The notes under the pieces: generated by a model
The model's database searches: none
What the model was told of the DNA's origin: nothing
The model's input: only the letters and a program-made list of their open reading frames with translations
Made by a program: the position numbers and the translations under genes
In this document: positions 41,986-55,819 of the stretch, piece after piece
How positions within the stretch are numbered: position 1 is the stretch's first letter
Layout: the number at the start of each line of letters is the position of its first letter
Source: Octopus vulgaris
Taxonomy: Eukaryota
Reading direction: 5' to 3'
Assembly: GCA_951406725.2 (NCBI GenBank)
Contig: OX597828.1
Location: 61,318,001-61,382,000 of the forward strand
DNA: 64,000 nucleotides

Positions 41986-44859
41986 ATTATATACCTTCAC
42001 ACATACGTAGTGTAAAGTCGCAGCCAACGCAAACTTTTCAATAAATTTAACTCTTCTTTCAGTATTGTGTCTCTCATCAATAAATGCACTGTTATTAGGC
42101 CAACTGGCAGAATCGTTAGCATGCCGAGCGAAGCGCTTAGCAGTATTTCGTCTGCCGTTACGTTCTGAGTTCAAATTCTGCCGAGGTCGACTTTGCTTTC
42201 ACCCTTTCGGGGTCGATAAATTAAGTACCGGTTACGCACTGGGATCGATATAATCGACTAGTCCCCTACCCCATATTTCAGGCCTTGTGCCTATAGTAGA
42301 AAGGATTATTTTTGAACTTGGAAGCTCAATGTAAAATATGCATACATATTACAGATATAGCGTGGCCGTGTGGTAAGAATTTTGTTTTCCAACTACATGG
42401 TTCTGGGTCCAATCCCATTGCGTGACACCTTGGGCAAGAGTACTCTACTATAGCTTCAAGCCGACCAAACCTTGTGAGTGGATTGGATTTGGTAGACAGA
42501 AACTGAGAGAATCCCATCGTATATATACATATATCTATGTATGTCTTTATGTCTGCGTTTATCCCTCCTTACTGCTTGATAACCGGTGCTGGTGTGTTTC
42601 CGTCGCCGAAAACTAGCGGTTCGGCAAAAAGCTTTGGATAGAATAATTACCGGATTTAAAGAAATAAGTATTGGGATCGATTCATTGGAATAAATTTCTT
42701 CAAGATGGTTGTCCAGAATGGCCGTAGCCTAATGGTTGAAACAAGTAAAGGGTCGAAGGTAAAATATATATATATTATATATATTATATTGTATAGTATT
42801 ATATTATATATAAATGTATGTATGTATGTATGCCTTAGAAAACCTTAAGTACGAATAAATTATAGTGCAGTAAACTCATTCCTTCTCTGCTTTCGATGTG
42901 CAAAATAACTATGGGCGGTCCTCAAAGTGCGAAACAGTCTGTCTGGTGTCTTTTGCACCCGTTTTTCCCCACATGAAATACCTATTTCCACCGCAAATCT
43001 TTAAGAATTAATCATCTTAGAAAATTCATACTGATAGTTTGAAAAACGAGTTGTTCATGAATTTATTATTAAAAAAACCCCTAATAAAGCGAGGTAAGGA
43101 ATAGTTTTCTGTATTTTTCTTTTGACATTTTAAACTTTAAAATATAGTTTGCTTTTGTAAGTTTCTAAATAAGTGTACCAGTAAAATTTTACTTCCCATT
43201 AAAAGTATGCCTCTAATTTAGAATTGATCTCCAGTGCACCGCGATTTCAAAATGTTGGAGAATAGCAAAGATAAAAATTTCAACAACAGTTCACGTCATC
43301 TCTTATGACTACGTCTATCCACAACGGAAACACACTTTTCCCTGTGTGTACAATAGAACATCAATCTTTACCATTATTAACACTGGCCAGATAAATACAA
43401 AATTAATTAAATAGAACTTTCTGCCCACCCCACTAAGCCATGAGTCCCAGTATATTTTCATAAACAAAATAATGTGATTCAGTAACTCTTCTAGCTGAAA
43501 ACCTCATAAAGAACTGAATTTATAGTTGCGAGCAGACTCTTAGTATTACCTTTTCTATCAGTTTCTAAGGGAGAATTATGAGAAAACGAGTGAATTCTTA
43601 CCCGATCGCTCGAAATGCTACAAATAGCAACCATTCCATTCAAATCATACCCTACTCTCTTACAAAAAACAGAAACATATTAGAAAATATTGTTCGATAT
43701 GATACTATATCTGAATAATGCACAAGATGGTTACGGCCGAAAGACGTGTTATCATAAATCTTCTTGAGCAGGGTTAGTCTGGGACTAAACAAAAACTCTT
43801 TTAATCTATCACCTCGATCATCTGTGGCATATTTGTGTATGTGTGTGTGTGTGTGAGAGAGAGACAGAGAGAGAGAAACAGAGACAGAGACAGACAGATA
43901 GAGACAGACAAAGTGAAAGCGAGAGAGAGGGAGTGTGTGTGAATGCGTGAGTGTCTACGTATGTATGTATGTATGTATTTATGTATGTATTATGCATGCA
44001 TGCAAATATGTATGTATGTATATATGTGTGCGCGTGTATGTATGTATGTATGTGTGTGCGCGTGTATGTATGTATGTATGTGTGTGCGAGTGTATGTATG
44101 TATGTATGTGTGTGCGAGTGTATGTATGTATGTATGTGTGTGCGTATGTGTATGTATGTATGTATGTATGTATGTATGTATGTATGTATGTATGTGTATG
44201 TATGTATGTATGTATGTGGGAAAATGGATTGATGAATGAATGGCTGTGTGTTTTTAAGTGATTCTAAGACTTATCTTTTATTTGTATATTTACAGAGAAT
44301 TAAATATCATTTGTAAGAAAATTTACCCAATTTTCTAATTTTCCTTTGTGCGTAGATATATCCTAGTACAATGTTACTATTTTTACAGGGTGTCACTGCC
44401 ATGCTATTATCTTCACAGACTCTTTGAGAAATAACATTCTAAATTAGTTTGATGCCCTCAAAATAAAAATTAAAAAAGTTAACCTGAAATACGTCAATAA
44501 CAAAACGCAAACCTTATTTCTAATAAATTACTCGTTTTCCAGTCTCCTTGCATCTATGCTTCTTAACGTCAGAAATTTCTTGGAAACTTCTTTTCATAAT
44601 AGCTGATTTTCTTATATCAAACAAGTTATAAATACAAATATATTGATGGTCAATTACTTATTTTCTCTATGTTGATGCCATGAACGAAAGTTTAGATATC
44701 TGAGCAAAGTTTTGAGATATTGTGCAACTTAAACAAAATACAAGAGAAAAAAGTAAAAGAAAGCTTTTTTTAAATGATCAGAGTCAGATATTTAAAGAGT
44801 AATTTTCGATATTTCTAAGTTCTTGAAAGTTCTTCAAAGTTCAAGTCGTGAAAGACTAA

Positions 44860-45519
44860 TCTCAAGATACTGTATCAAATTCTGTCAAAATCTTGGGGAT
44901 ACGCAAGCCCAGACTATCGATAAAATTCAGAAGGCCTTTGAAGGTGATGCTATGGGAAAACACAAGTAAAGGAGTGGTACAACCGGTTCAAAGATAACCG
45001 CACCCTAGTGGGCAGTGAGTCACATTGTGACAGACCATCGACCATCAGAAATGACAAAATGATTGCAAAAGTTCGAGAAATAGTCTATGAAGACCGCTGT
45101 GTGACTATAGAGGAGATTGTTGCCGAAGTTGCAATCGGCCATGGGACAGTTCAGTCAGTCCATTCCGCTCACGTCGTCCAAGTATTGCTCGTCAATCAAA
45201 ATACACTTGTTCTTCTGGCTTCCTACTCCTCAGACTTGGCACTGTGTGACTTTTGGCTATTCCAATAGCTCAAAAATACACTCAAAGGGCGAAGTTTTGA
45301 GTCAACAGAGAGCATTAAGCAAAATTCGACGGCCCAGCTCTATAGAATCCTAAAAAGTGATTTCCAGAAATGTTTCCAGCAGTGGCAGGAATGCCAGCAG
45401 AAGTGTGTAGACTCTCAAGGCGAAGACTTTGAAGGAGACTAAATCAAAATGGTGAGTTTTTTTAAGTATTACTTGTTTTTTTAGCCAAAAGGTCGGATAC
45501 TTTTTGACTACACTTTGTA
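44860..45519 (+). mobile_element. Internally deleted mariner element
   Basis: YCIKFCQNLG, RPST..KVREIVYEDR..TIEEIVAEV, YSSDLALCDFWLF, FQKCFQQWQ; TIR-like end terminating in TA. Confidence 0.75.
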
Positions 45520-45570
45520 TGTGTATACTTAGAAATACACGCATACTGTGTGTACGTGTGTGTGTGCGTG

Positions 45571-45602
<32 letters not shown>

Positions 45603-46239
45603 CGTGCGCGTATGTGTATGTGTGCGTGTGCGTGTGTGTATCTTTTATCATTTGTTTCAATCATTTTACTCCGGTGATGCTGGAGCACCGCCTTGAAGGA
45701 TTTCAGCTGAATAAATCGACCCCAGAATTTATTTAATTATTTCTAAGCCTAGTACTTATTTTATCGGTCTCTTTAGCCGAACTGCTAGGTTACAAGAATG
45801 TAAACAAACCCACACATGTTGTCAGGCGGTGGTGGGAGACAAACACAGACACAAAGACACCCACACATACACGTATACACACACGCACATATACGATAGG
45901 CTTCCTTCAGTTTCCATCTACTAAATCCACTCACAGGGCTTTGGTTGGCCCAAGGCTATAATAGAAGATACTTGCACAAGGTGCCACGCAGTGGGACAGA
46001 ACCCGGTACCATGTGGTTGGGAAGTAAGTTTCATACCACACAACCACAACTGCAAGGACTCCCCCAACTACTTTGACATTCCAATGGGTCAATGGACTCG
46101 GCCTAAATTACCGGCCTCGCGAGATGCTACCTACTCCTTTACCTCTTGGACCAATTCCTTAATCTTTCCGGAAGTGTATAGAGGGACGATGCTCTGTTTG
46201 CGTTCCCGAACTTTGGTAACCAGGAGGTCGCACAGCTGC

Positions 46240-47224
46240 GTAAGCGAATTATAGTCTTCTTTAAAAACCTGGGCCTTGAAACCTCAAATTTCATTTATGT
46301 CACTCTGGATTTACAAAACAACATATTCTATCCTTACCATAAACTGGGAAAAAACGTAAATTATTTTAGCTTTTCATCTAATTCCCATACTCTGTCTCAA
46401 AATCCTTTATGAACAGTGTGTCCTATAGGATCTCATCCTCATCCGTTAATAAGGAAATATTCGAGCAATACGCAGAATACTACAACAGCGCTGTACACCG
46501 TGCAGGATATAAAAATTCGATCAGATACCTCTTTATATGGAGAGATCCTCCCCCACCCCCACCACCACCACCACCTGAGCCTGCCACCACAGATACCTCT
46601 GTCCCCGAGGCATCCCTCGTAGTCCACTCCCCACCAAAGTTAACCTTAATAGCAAACTCAATATGCACTTCTCCCATTCTGAGAATCAGGATCCAAAATC
46701 CGCTGCTGCAGCGCGCACCTCTCTGCCCCAAGTCATACGCGCGTAACCTCTTAGGACGGAATAAACGGACCAGGATATGCGATATTATTTGGTTTCACAA
46801 CCACCTTACCTTTAATTTTCAAACCCGACTACATAAGCTTTTCTTTGCTCTGCTTGTAAAACATTTCCCTAGATCCCATGCCATTAGGCAAATCTTCAAC
46901 CCCCACTTTATTAAATTTCTCTACTCCACCATTACTAACATTGCCAGTATAATCCAACTTTCTAACAATAAAAGACCTACGTAGGCGCAGGAGTGGCTGT
47001 GTGGTAAGAAGCTTGCTTCCCAACCACACGGTTCCGGGTTCAATCCCACTGCAAAGACTGCGAGGAACCTTGGGCAGGTGTCTTCTACTATAGCGTTGGG
47101 CCGACCAAAGCCTTGTAAGTGGATTTGGTAGACGGAAACTGAAAGAAGCCCGTCGTGTATATATATATATATATATGTGTGTATGTATATATATATATAT
47201 ATATATGTATATGTATATATATAA

Positions 47225-47286
<62 letters not shown>

Positions 47287-48250
47287 GTATGCATGTATTT
47301 GTGTGTCTGTTTGTCCGCCCCACCATCGCTTGACAACCGACGTTGGTATGTTTACGTCCCCGTAACTTTAGCGGTTCCGCAAAAGATACCGATAGAATAA
47401 GTACTAGGCTTACAAAGAATAAGCCCTGGGGTCTATTTCTTCGACTAAAGGTGGTACTCCAGCATGAGCGCAGTCAAATGACTGAAACAAGTAAAAGAAT
47501 AAAAGAACCAGCAATTAGTTAACCTTTATGATATAAGTACAACACATTATAATCCTCAACGCACTCCCTCACACCTTTAAACCTTCTTAACAATGTCGAC
47601 ACCTCCCAGCCCCAATCCTAATACACCGCCCAATCCCCATAACCAACCTAACGATCCAGCTATACCGACTACTGAAGGAGAGAATGATAGGAATAATATC
47701 GAGAGCTACTATAAGCTACCACCCAGATGACGGCTCCCTCGCCACCACTAAAAATACCAGTCTTAGCGCTGAGGCTAATACTAAATATAATACCCGGTGA
47801 ACCCCAGGTAATCGAAATCCCACAAACTCTTAGTGTTCTCTGGAAGTCTATGCAGCTGTAGATCCCCCACCTCCTGTCCCTGGAAAATAAATACCTCATG
47901 AAAAATATAGTATTTAAGCTTATTTAAGCTTACCGTTCCACGGAAGCATCCAAGTTTGTATATATATATATATATCGGCTCGTACAGCACCACCTTCAAG
48001 GTCAAAATTACTAACCACTATTCTAGCTTCAGATCTCAAACGAAAACTAATAATACCTCTTTATCTAGGCTTATCCATTACCTAAAAAATGGTCCATTGC
48101 TACTCATACCAAACCGTATAACATATAACAAATACTTCTGCATCACAGAAGTCTTATCTTTTATGCAATGCAGCAACTGCCTTTATTGAACGAAGCGACC
48201 TTATTTTTAATTGCCGGCGCAAATTATGTAATACCTTCTTAAGATACAAA
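46240..48250 (+). mobile_element. Degenerate Penelope-like element of another clade, interrupted by a SINE at 46981-47510
   Basis: [56 protein letters not shown]; YIG..TTFKVKITNHYSSF..TSLSRLIHYLK near 47970-48090. Confidence 0.65.
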
Positions 48251-48940
48251 TACATTCTACCTCACCGATAATTCCCTTGCTAATCCTCCTATATGTCCTC
48301 CCACTTGAATTTCTTCAACGTATTTATAACAGTTATTTTTTTTAAGCTATCTATATATTTCCTTAACTTTGTGATATCTTTATATCTTCATTTTGTATAC
48401 AGAAATAAGCATGCGCGCGCGAGTATACAACCTTCAACTCCTAACTCCTTCTTTTCTTCCTCCTCTTCTTTCTTAACAACTCCACCCGACTCCCACTACT
48501 AAATTTTTGAGCTCTTCCTTTTAATTTCTTTTGTTTTTCTTGGCCATGTCTTCTTTTCTAAATCTTTTTCTGTATAAATGTTTACGCATAGATGCACCTA
48601 AGTACCGATGTACTTTTGACACACTAAAGTGGTCCCAGCTTAATATTCAGAAGGACCCTTCCCTTAAAGTCATTATCCATCTACATTAAATCTCCCCTCT
48701 CCCCACCTTTCATTTTCTTTATTTTTAACAATTTTAAACAAATTCCCTACCCACAAATATTTTACTTTTTCACTTTTCTTGCTTACTGACCATCTTATTT
48801 CTTCAAACATTTGTTTTGTTTTTCTTTTTATTTGATTTTTCTACTCTGTTCTTTTGACTTCGCCACTCATTTCAAATTATATCTTCGAAGAGTTAACTTG
48901 GGATTCCTTAACGACATTGTAACCTTCATATGGTTAAGGT

Positions 48941-49034
48941 ATCCTCCGCCTGACGAATGACTAGCTGCATGCCTCTCGTTGAGTAAGTATTATATCAGAG
49001 GATCTGCTAGCTAGGAAACATATGTAGCCTGGAT
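48941..49034 (+). ncRNA. Hammerhead-like motif downstream of the PLE remnant
   Basis: CTGACGA-atga-CTAGCT..AGCTAG-GAAA-CATATG-TA; interrupted stem I (GC/GC, ATCC/GGAT). Confidence 0.55.
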
Positions 49035-49254
49035 TTTACTTGCTCCACTCCCTCAGTTTGGATTTTTATTCGCATTCATAGCGATTCAAGTTGCTAATCA
49101 AGCTATACAATTTTTTTCCAGCTTATCGAATTTCAATATGGGAAAAGCCCACAACCTTAGCCAATAACTTATTGTTCCTGAACGTTGATTTTTATACCTA
49201 CCACGGACTGCTCGAAACTTACAAACTCTACACTTAGATCATTATATCTTATAG

Positions 49255-49311
<57 letters not shown>

Positions 49312-49583
49312 GTTGGCAAGAAAGTAATTTCGTTTTTTGCAAATTGGGTGACAATTCTTTTGAATGCCTTTTGCCAATATTACGACTTTTTCCTTTTAAC
49401 ATTTAGAAATAAATCGCGCATAATTTTGTTTACAGCTGTTGGTTCAGTGTCAGTTTTAACATGGAGTGCGAAAATGAACATTTTTGCATGGCATCTTGGG
49501 CAGATGTCTTCTACTATAGCCTCGAGCCTACCAAAGCCTTGTCGATGGTTTTGGTAGACAGAAACTGAAAGAAACACTTCGCA

Positions 49584-49647
<64 letters not shown>

Positions 49648-50393
49648 CGTCTTTGTGTATGTGCTTGTCCCACCCCACCACCACCGCTTGACAACGAGTG
49701 CAGGTTGTTTACGTCCCTGCATCATAGCGGTTCCACAAAATAAACCGATTAAGTAAGAACCAAGCGTAACAAAAATAAGTATTAGAGTCAATACATTCGA
49801 CTGCAGCCATGCGATACCCCGGCATAGCTGCAGTCTAATGACAAATAAAAGGATAAAAGATAACAGGTGTGCGTACATATATGTTGCTATATTGATCAGC
49901 ACCCAGCTGACATTCATAAAAACAAAATCGAGACAGACGACAGACTGAAGGCAACGAAACTGAGGCTGACGTTGACGAGATTAACGAGAGGGGTTAGTCA
50001 GTTACATCGACCCCAGTGTTTCACTGGTACTTATTTCATCAACTCCGAAGGAATTAAAGGAAAAGTCATCTTCGGCGGAATTTGAACTCAGAAGGGAAAG
50101 CCAGACGAAATGCCGCTTAGCATTTCTCCCAGCATGCTAAAGATTCTGCCAGCCAACCACCTTAAACCTGATTAAATACTAAAAAAAAACAAAGGATAGT
50201 TTAAGCAGTATTTATTATTTACATGTAATGCTACTCGTCATTATAAATTGCATTATATAAATTATTGGTTACGCCATAATTAATATAATGCAATTTATAG
50301 AACAATACATTTTCTAGCTCTGCTCCTGATCCCAAACTATATTCACGGTGTTAATATTATTAGTTCATGAGTATCAAAACATGATTTACTTAC

Positions 50394-50650
50394 TAATATT
50401 GAGTACTTCACCAAATACATTAGTGGTGTTAAAAGTTGTACAATTCCAGCGGCGGCTTCGAAACTGATGTTGGCATTCACTAATTCCTATTGCTGCTCCT
50501 TTAGTAATGACTTCTAAAAGTTTGTCTTCCGTGTTGCACAAATCTCGCTGGCGTGGCAGTAAGAAACTGAGGCTGGAGCATCTTCTCTGTTTGCCATTTT
50601 GTTTAACTTCGACTGGAATTGTCTGGTATGAACTGGCCAGACCAAGGTAC
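50394..50650 (-). CDS. WntA: Wnt ligand (probably WntA), second coding exon
   Basis: Acceptor TTGCAG|G TAC (phase 2), donor A|GTAAGT (phase 1, matching the next exon); YLGLASS..RQRDLC..GISECQHQFRSRRWNCT..VFG. Confidence 0.92.
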
Positions 50651-50717
50651 CTGCAATGTAACAAAGTTTAATAACAGTTCAAACAATGCTGTAGAGAGGT
50701 ATTTTTTGCTTTTCTAA

Positions 50718-50880
<163 letters not shown>

Positions 50881-51517
50881 ACAGGATATGTAAAATATTG
50901 ATTTAAAATTTCGGCAGTATTTTCTTCGGAGGGGTAAGTTGATTACATCGACACCAGTGTTCAACTTGTACTTATTTAATCGACGCCGAAATAATGAAAA
51001 GAAAAGTCGATCCTGGCAGCATTTGAACTCCGAACATAAAGTTTGAAGAAATGTTGCGAAGCATTTTTTCGGTATAAAGATTCTGCCAGTTCGCTGCCTT
51101 CTAGGATATGTAAGATATCAATTGTTGTCTAACATATTGTTCGTGGTTGTAATTATGGTTATATAGGAATTTTCCAAAAGATAGATGCTAACTGAACTGA
51201 ATAACAGAATCTTGAATTAGAATCTTTGCATTGAGCACCAGAGATATAAGTTAAAACGTGTATTTTGCTTACTAAGAATGTTAGATATGAAACGAAGAGC
51301 ATCGGTAAGGTGAATGTAAAAGTTACTTGTTTGATGAGCTGCAGTGTTCCATCGCACCAAAATACAGTTATGGTTTCGTAGACTGATAAACAATATTCCC
51401 AAGTACTGTTTACAATCCAAAAGTATCGTGTCCAAAGGCATTTCAAATGAATATTTATAAACTTGATCACACAAATAATTTGCATCATCCAAGTATGTCG
51501 TAATATTTCCAGTTCAC

Positions 51518-52620
51518 TAAGAAGGTGGGATGAAAAGTTCATAGGTCGATTATGAAGGAGTAATGCTAGAACTGTGAAAGTCTTGCATGCCGTAATTTCA
51601 ACCCTTCTTGATTATAACCACATTGTTTATTTCCTGATAAACTGACTCTTCAAAGAAGACTTCAAATTTAACTAGTACTTTAACTTGAAAATCGACAAAA
51701 TTTGACATCAGGGTGTTATCAAGAACCTGCAGAAAAACGGTTTTGTTCCCAACGACATTCATGCTGAAAGGGTTGCTACATTAGGAGATAATGCTCCAGC
51801 TTTGTTAACAGTGTAAAAATGGGCAGCTGAATTGAGGACAAAACGGGAGAGTCTTGAAAATGTCTCAAGGTCTGGACGTTCTGCATCTTCCACCACCAAA
51901 GAGAACGTTGATCGTGTTTACGAGACGGTGGTAGTTGACAGGCGATTGACTATAAATCAAACAGCCAATGCTATTAGCATATCCCGTGAGAGAGTTGGGA
52001 ATATTCTGCGCAATGAGCTTGGCATGACGAAGGCTTTTGCTCGTTGGGTGCTACATCTTCTGACACCTAACCAAAAGCGCACCAAACTGATCACATAACG
52101 ATAAAATCTGATATTGCTCCAGGCAGATCCAGTTGGTTTCTTTGAATGTTTCCTAAGCCAGGATGATTGTTGGATTCAACAGTTTGAGCCAAAGACAAAG
52201 AGACAATCCAAGCAATGAAAACTCCATCTCTTCTGCTCCCAAAAAGGTCAAGGTTGTTTCATCTGTAGGAAAAATGACGGCCTTAGTTTTTCTAGTTTGC
52301 AAAAAGCATTGTGTTTATTGATTACCTTCAAAAGGGCCACCCCATCAAAGAAGAGTACTATGCCGTCTTGCTGAGGCACTAGGAAAGCTGACGGAAAGCG
52401 GTTTTATTTCATCTGGACAATGCTCCAGCACACAAATCCTTGGTTTCAATGGCTGCTGTGAGTGACTGTGCTTCTGAACTGGTTGATCACGCCTATTCCC
52501 CTGATTTGGTCCCAGCTGACTATCATCTGTTTCCCCAACATGGAAAACGCTTCGCTGAGGACCAGTATCACAGTGAGGATGATGTCATATGTGCTGTTGA
52601 TGACTTTTTTTTACCAATCA
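51518..52620 (+). mobile_element. Decayed, near full-length mariner element
   Basis: RESLENVSRSGR, DRRLT, ARWVLHLLT, DNAPAH, YSPDLVPADYHLFP; many stops. Confidence 0.8.
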
Positions 52621-53362
52621 GTTTAACCATAACCGGTTGATTGCATGCTAACTACCTGATAAAATCAAACATAGATTTTATCCTAAATTTTAAAATATAT
52701 TAAAAATATATAATTTCACCAAAACCAAAATTATTCACTGCTGAATTACTTCGTTATTAACACTTGGTCGAAATACAACGAACCAGATTTTGAATTTTTA
52801 TTTTGTATATATGTACCAACAAAATATTTGCACTGTAAAGCAGTTGTGTTCATGGGTACGTATATTTGTTTGTTTATATGCATTTGGGTTGTATTACATT
52901 GATGATGGAAAAAGAGGTTTCTCTCTTAATCCTGAAATCAATTGATACATAATTGTACCGTTTCATGATTCTGTTTCGTTTATTTGCACGAGGACGACGC
53001 GTGTTTATAGTTTTAAGATATCTCAAGGTAGTTTAGAGACATTTGGCGTTTTAGCCTAGCGTTCAGATGGGCCTGTATACGTACTAGATTGCCCTTAATA
53101 TACATTTATAAATTCATTAATATAAACTTTACCGGTTGATTGCATGCCAACTACCTGATAAAATCACATACCGATTTTATCCTAAATTTTAAAATATATA
53201 GGTGTAGGAGTGGCTGTAAGGTAAACAGCTTGCTTACCAACCACATGGTTCCAGGTCCAGTCCCACTGCATGGCACCTTGGGCAAGTGCCTTCTACTATA
53301 GCCTCGGGTCGACCAAAGCCTTGTGAGTGGATTTGGTAGCCGGAAACTGAAAAAAGCCCGTC

Positions 53363-53424
<62 letters not shown>

Positions 53425-53710
53425 GTATGTGTGTGTGTTTGTCACCCCAACATCGCTTGACAACCGATGCTGGTGTGTTTACGTCCATGTAACTTAATGG
53501 TTCGGCAAAAGTGGCCGATAGAATAAGAACTAGGCTTGCAAAGAATAAGTCGTGGGGTCGATTTGCTCGACCAAAGGCGGTGCTCCTGTAAGGCCGTATT
53601 CAAATGACAGAAACAAAAGAATAAAAGAATATATATATATATGCATGTATACATGTGTATATATATATATATATGCATATGTATATATGTATACCTATAT
53701 ATATACATAC

Positions 53711-53787
<77 letters not shown>

Positions 53788-53900
53788 TGTATGTATGTAT
53801 ATATGGAATACTTACTATGAAGCATTGTGTAGAGCATATAGTATAAAGAAGCCCGTCGTATATATATATATATATATATATATCATGATTCTATATATAT

Positions 53901-54777
53901 ATCGTGGGTAAGGCCAGAACAATGCGAAGTAAATACAAAGCAAATCACAAAAAACAAATATATGAATTAATGTAGACTTACATTGCATTCAATATTTCGA
54001 GGTTATGACCTCATTTTCAAGGAATTAACGAATGTTGCCGATGTGCATGTATGTGAGATTGTGTGGAGTGGACATGCGTGGATAGGTGTTGCTATAGCAA
54101 CCGGCTAGCTTCCTATAATTCTCTTCTGTTGTTGATATTTGGTTTAATTTGGTGTATGAAGAGATTCCAACGTTGCCCCAGTTCCGCTGCGTTGCCCTGA
54201 TGTGCACGTGAATTCCCGGGTCTGCCATTTCGGTAGATGTTTCTTCACGGAAGTGTCTGCCTGTTTTTGTTCCTTTAGGCGTATATGTCCCATCAACCAT
54301 CACTGATCCTGAATCGTGTCAGAGGACCTATGTTGCATACGAGATAATCTGTGGCGCATCCTACATAGGGAGCACAAGAAAGCTGCATATACGCACAAAG
54401 GAACACATGCAGGCAGGCATTTCCGTGAAGGAACATCTGCGGAAAGGTGAGACCCGGGTATTCACAGGTAACACAGCGGAATAGGGACAACCTTGGAATC
54501 TCTGCGGTCATGCTCATACATCAAAGGAAACTAAATATCAACAACAGAAGAGAGTTGTAAGAAGCTAGCTGGTTGCTATAGCAACAGCTTTCCGTGCATG
54601 TCCACTCCACATACGGTCACACACACGCACATCGGGAACATACGTTAATTCCTTAAAATGGAGTCATTACCCCAAAATATTGAATGCAAGGTAAATCTAC
54701 ATTAATTCATATATTTGTTTCTTGTGATTTGCCTTGCATTTACTTCGCATTGCATTGTTCTGACCTTACCCACGATC
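53901..54777. repeat. Older fold-back element with ~245 bp diverged inverted arms, between (TA)n tracts
   Basis: 53901-54145 vs 54528-54777 are reverse-complementary with many substitutions. Confidence 0.85.
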
Positions 54778-54789
54778 CTTTGGACAATA

Positions 54790-54850
<61 letters not shown>

Positions 54851-55192
54851 GTCCTAGTCGAAAGACGCCTATTTGTGATGTCCTGTTATTGTTGTTATTA
54901 TTATTATTATTGTTATTATTGTTGTTTTTCCGTATTATTTTTGTGTTCATATTCGTGTAACATCGTCCGTTTTCCTGTCCTTGTTTTGTATACATTCCAA
55001 GCTTTCTTCCAATGAATCTAATGCGCTTAGCTTAGTTTTTCCTTGGAGCTGGCCAGATTGGAGCAATATCAAGATTAATCAGCCGAAATTGTGAGGATGA
55101 TCTGGTTCTTGAGTGAAGATTGAAGGTTTCGAATGTCCCGTCCGTGTTTTTTGTATCGTCTTCTAAATGTTTTGCGTTCTTGTCACAGTGTG

Positions 55193-55236
<44 letters not shown>

Positions 55237-55431
55237 ACGGATTTTTGTCAGTGAACAGGTCGCGGATTTTAGCGACGAAAATATTTTGACAAATTAAACT
55301 TAAATGTTGAAGTGAATCGAACGGCTTTTGTGTGTTTCTTAAATGGCTTATAAACACCTTCAACGCTGCAATTGTTTTCGTTTCAGCACATGATCTCAGA
55401 TCAAATTACTTGCTATGCGAGTACATCTCCG

Positions 55432-55540
<109 letters not shown>

Positions 55541-55819
55541 AGCAGAGATACCCGGCGTTGCTCGAATCACAATGGCATAGTTTTTTTGTTGTTTTCCTTG
55601 TTTCGGTCATATGAGTGCGGCTTTGCTGGAGCACCACCTTTCGTCGAAGAAATCAACCCAAGATTTATTCTTTGTAAGCCTAGTACTTATTCTATCGGTG
55701 TTTTCTTTTACCAAATGGCTAAGTTACGAAGACGTAAACACAGCAGCATCGGTTGTCAAGCGATGGTGGGGGTACAAACACAGATGTACACACACACAAA
55801 TATACACATATGTATATAC

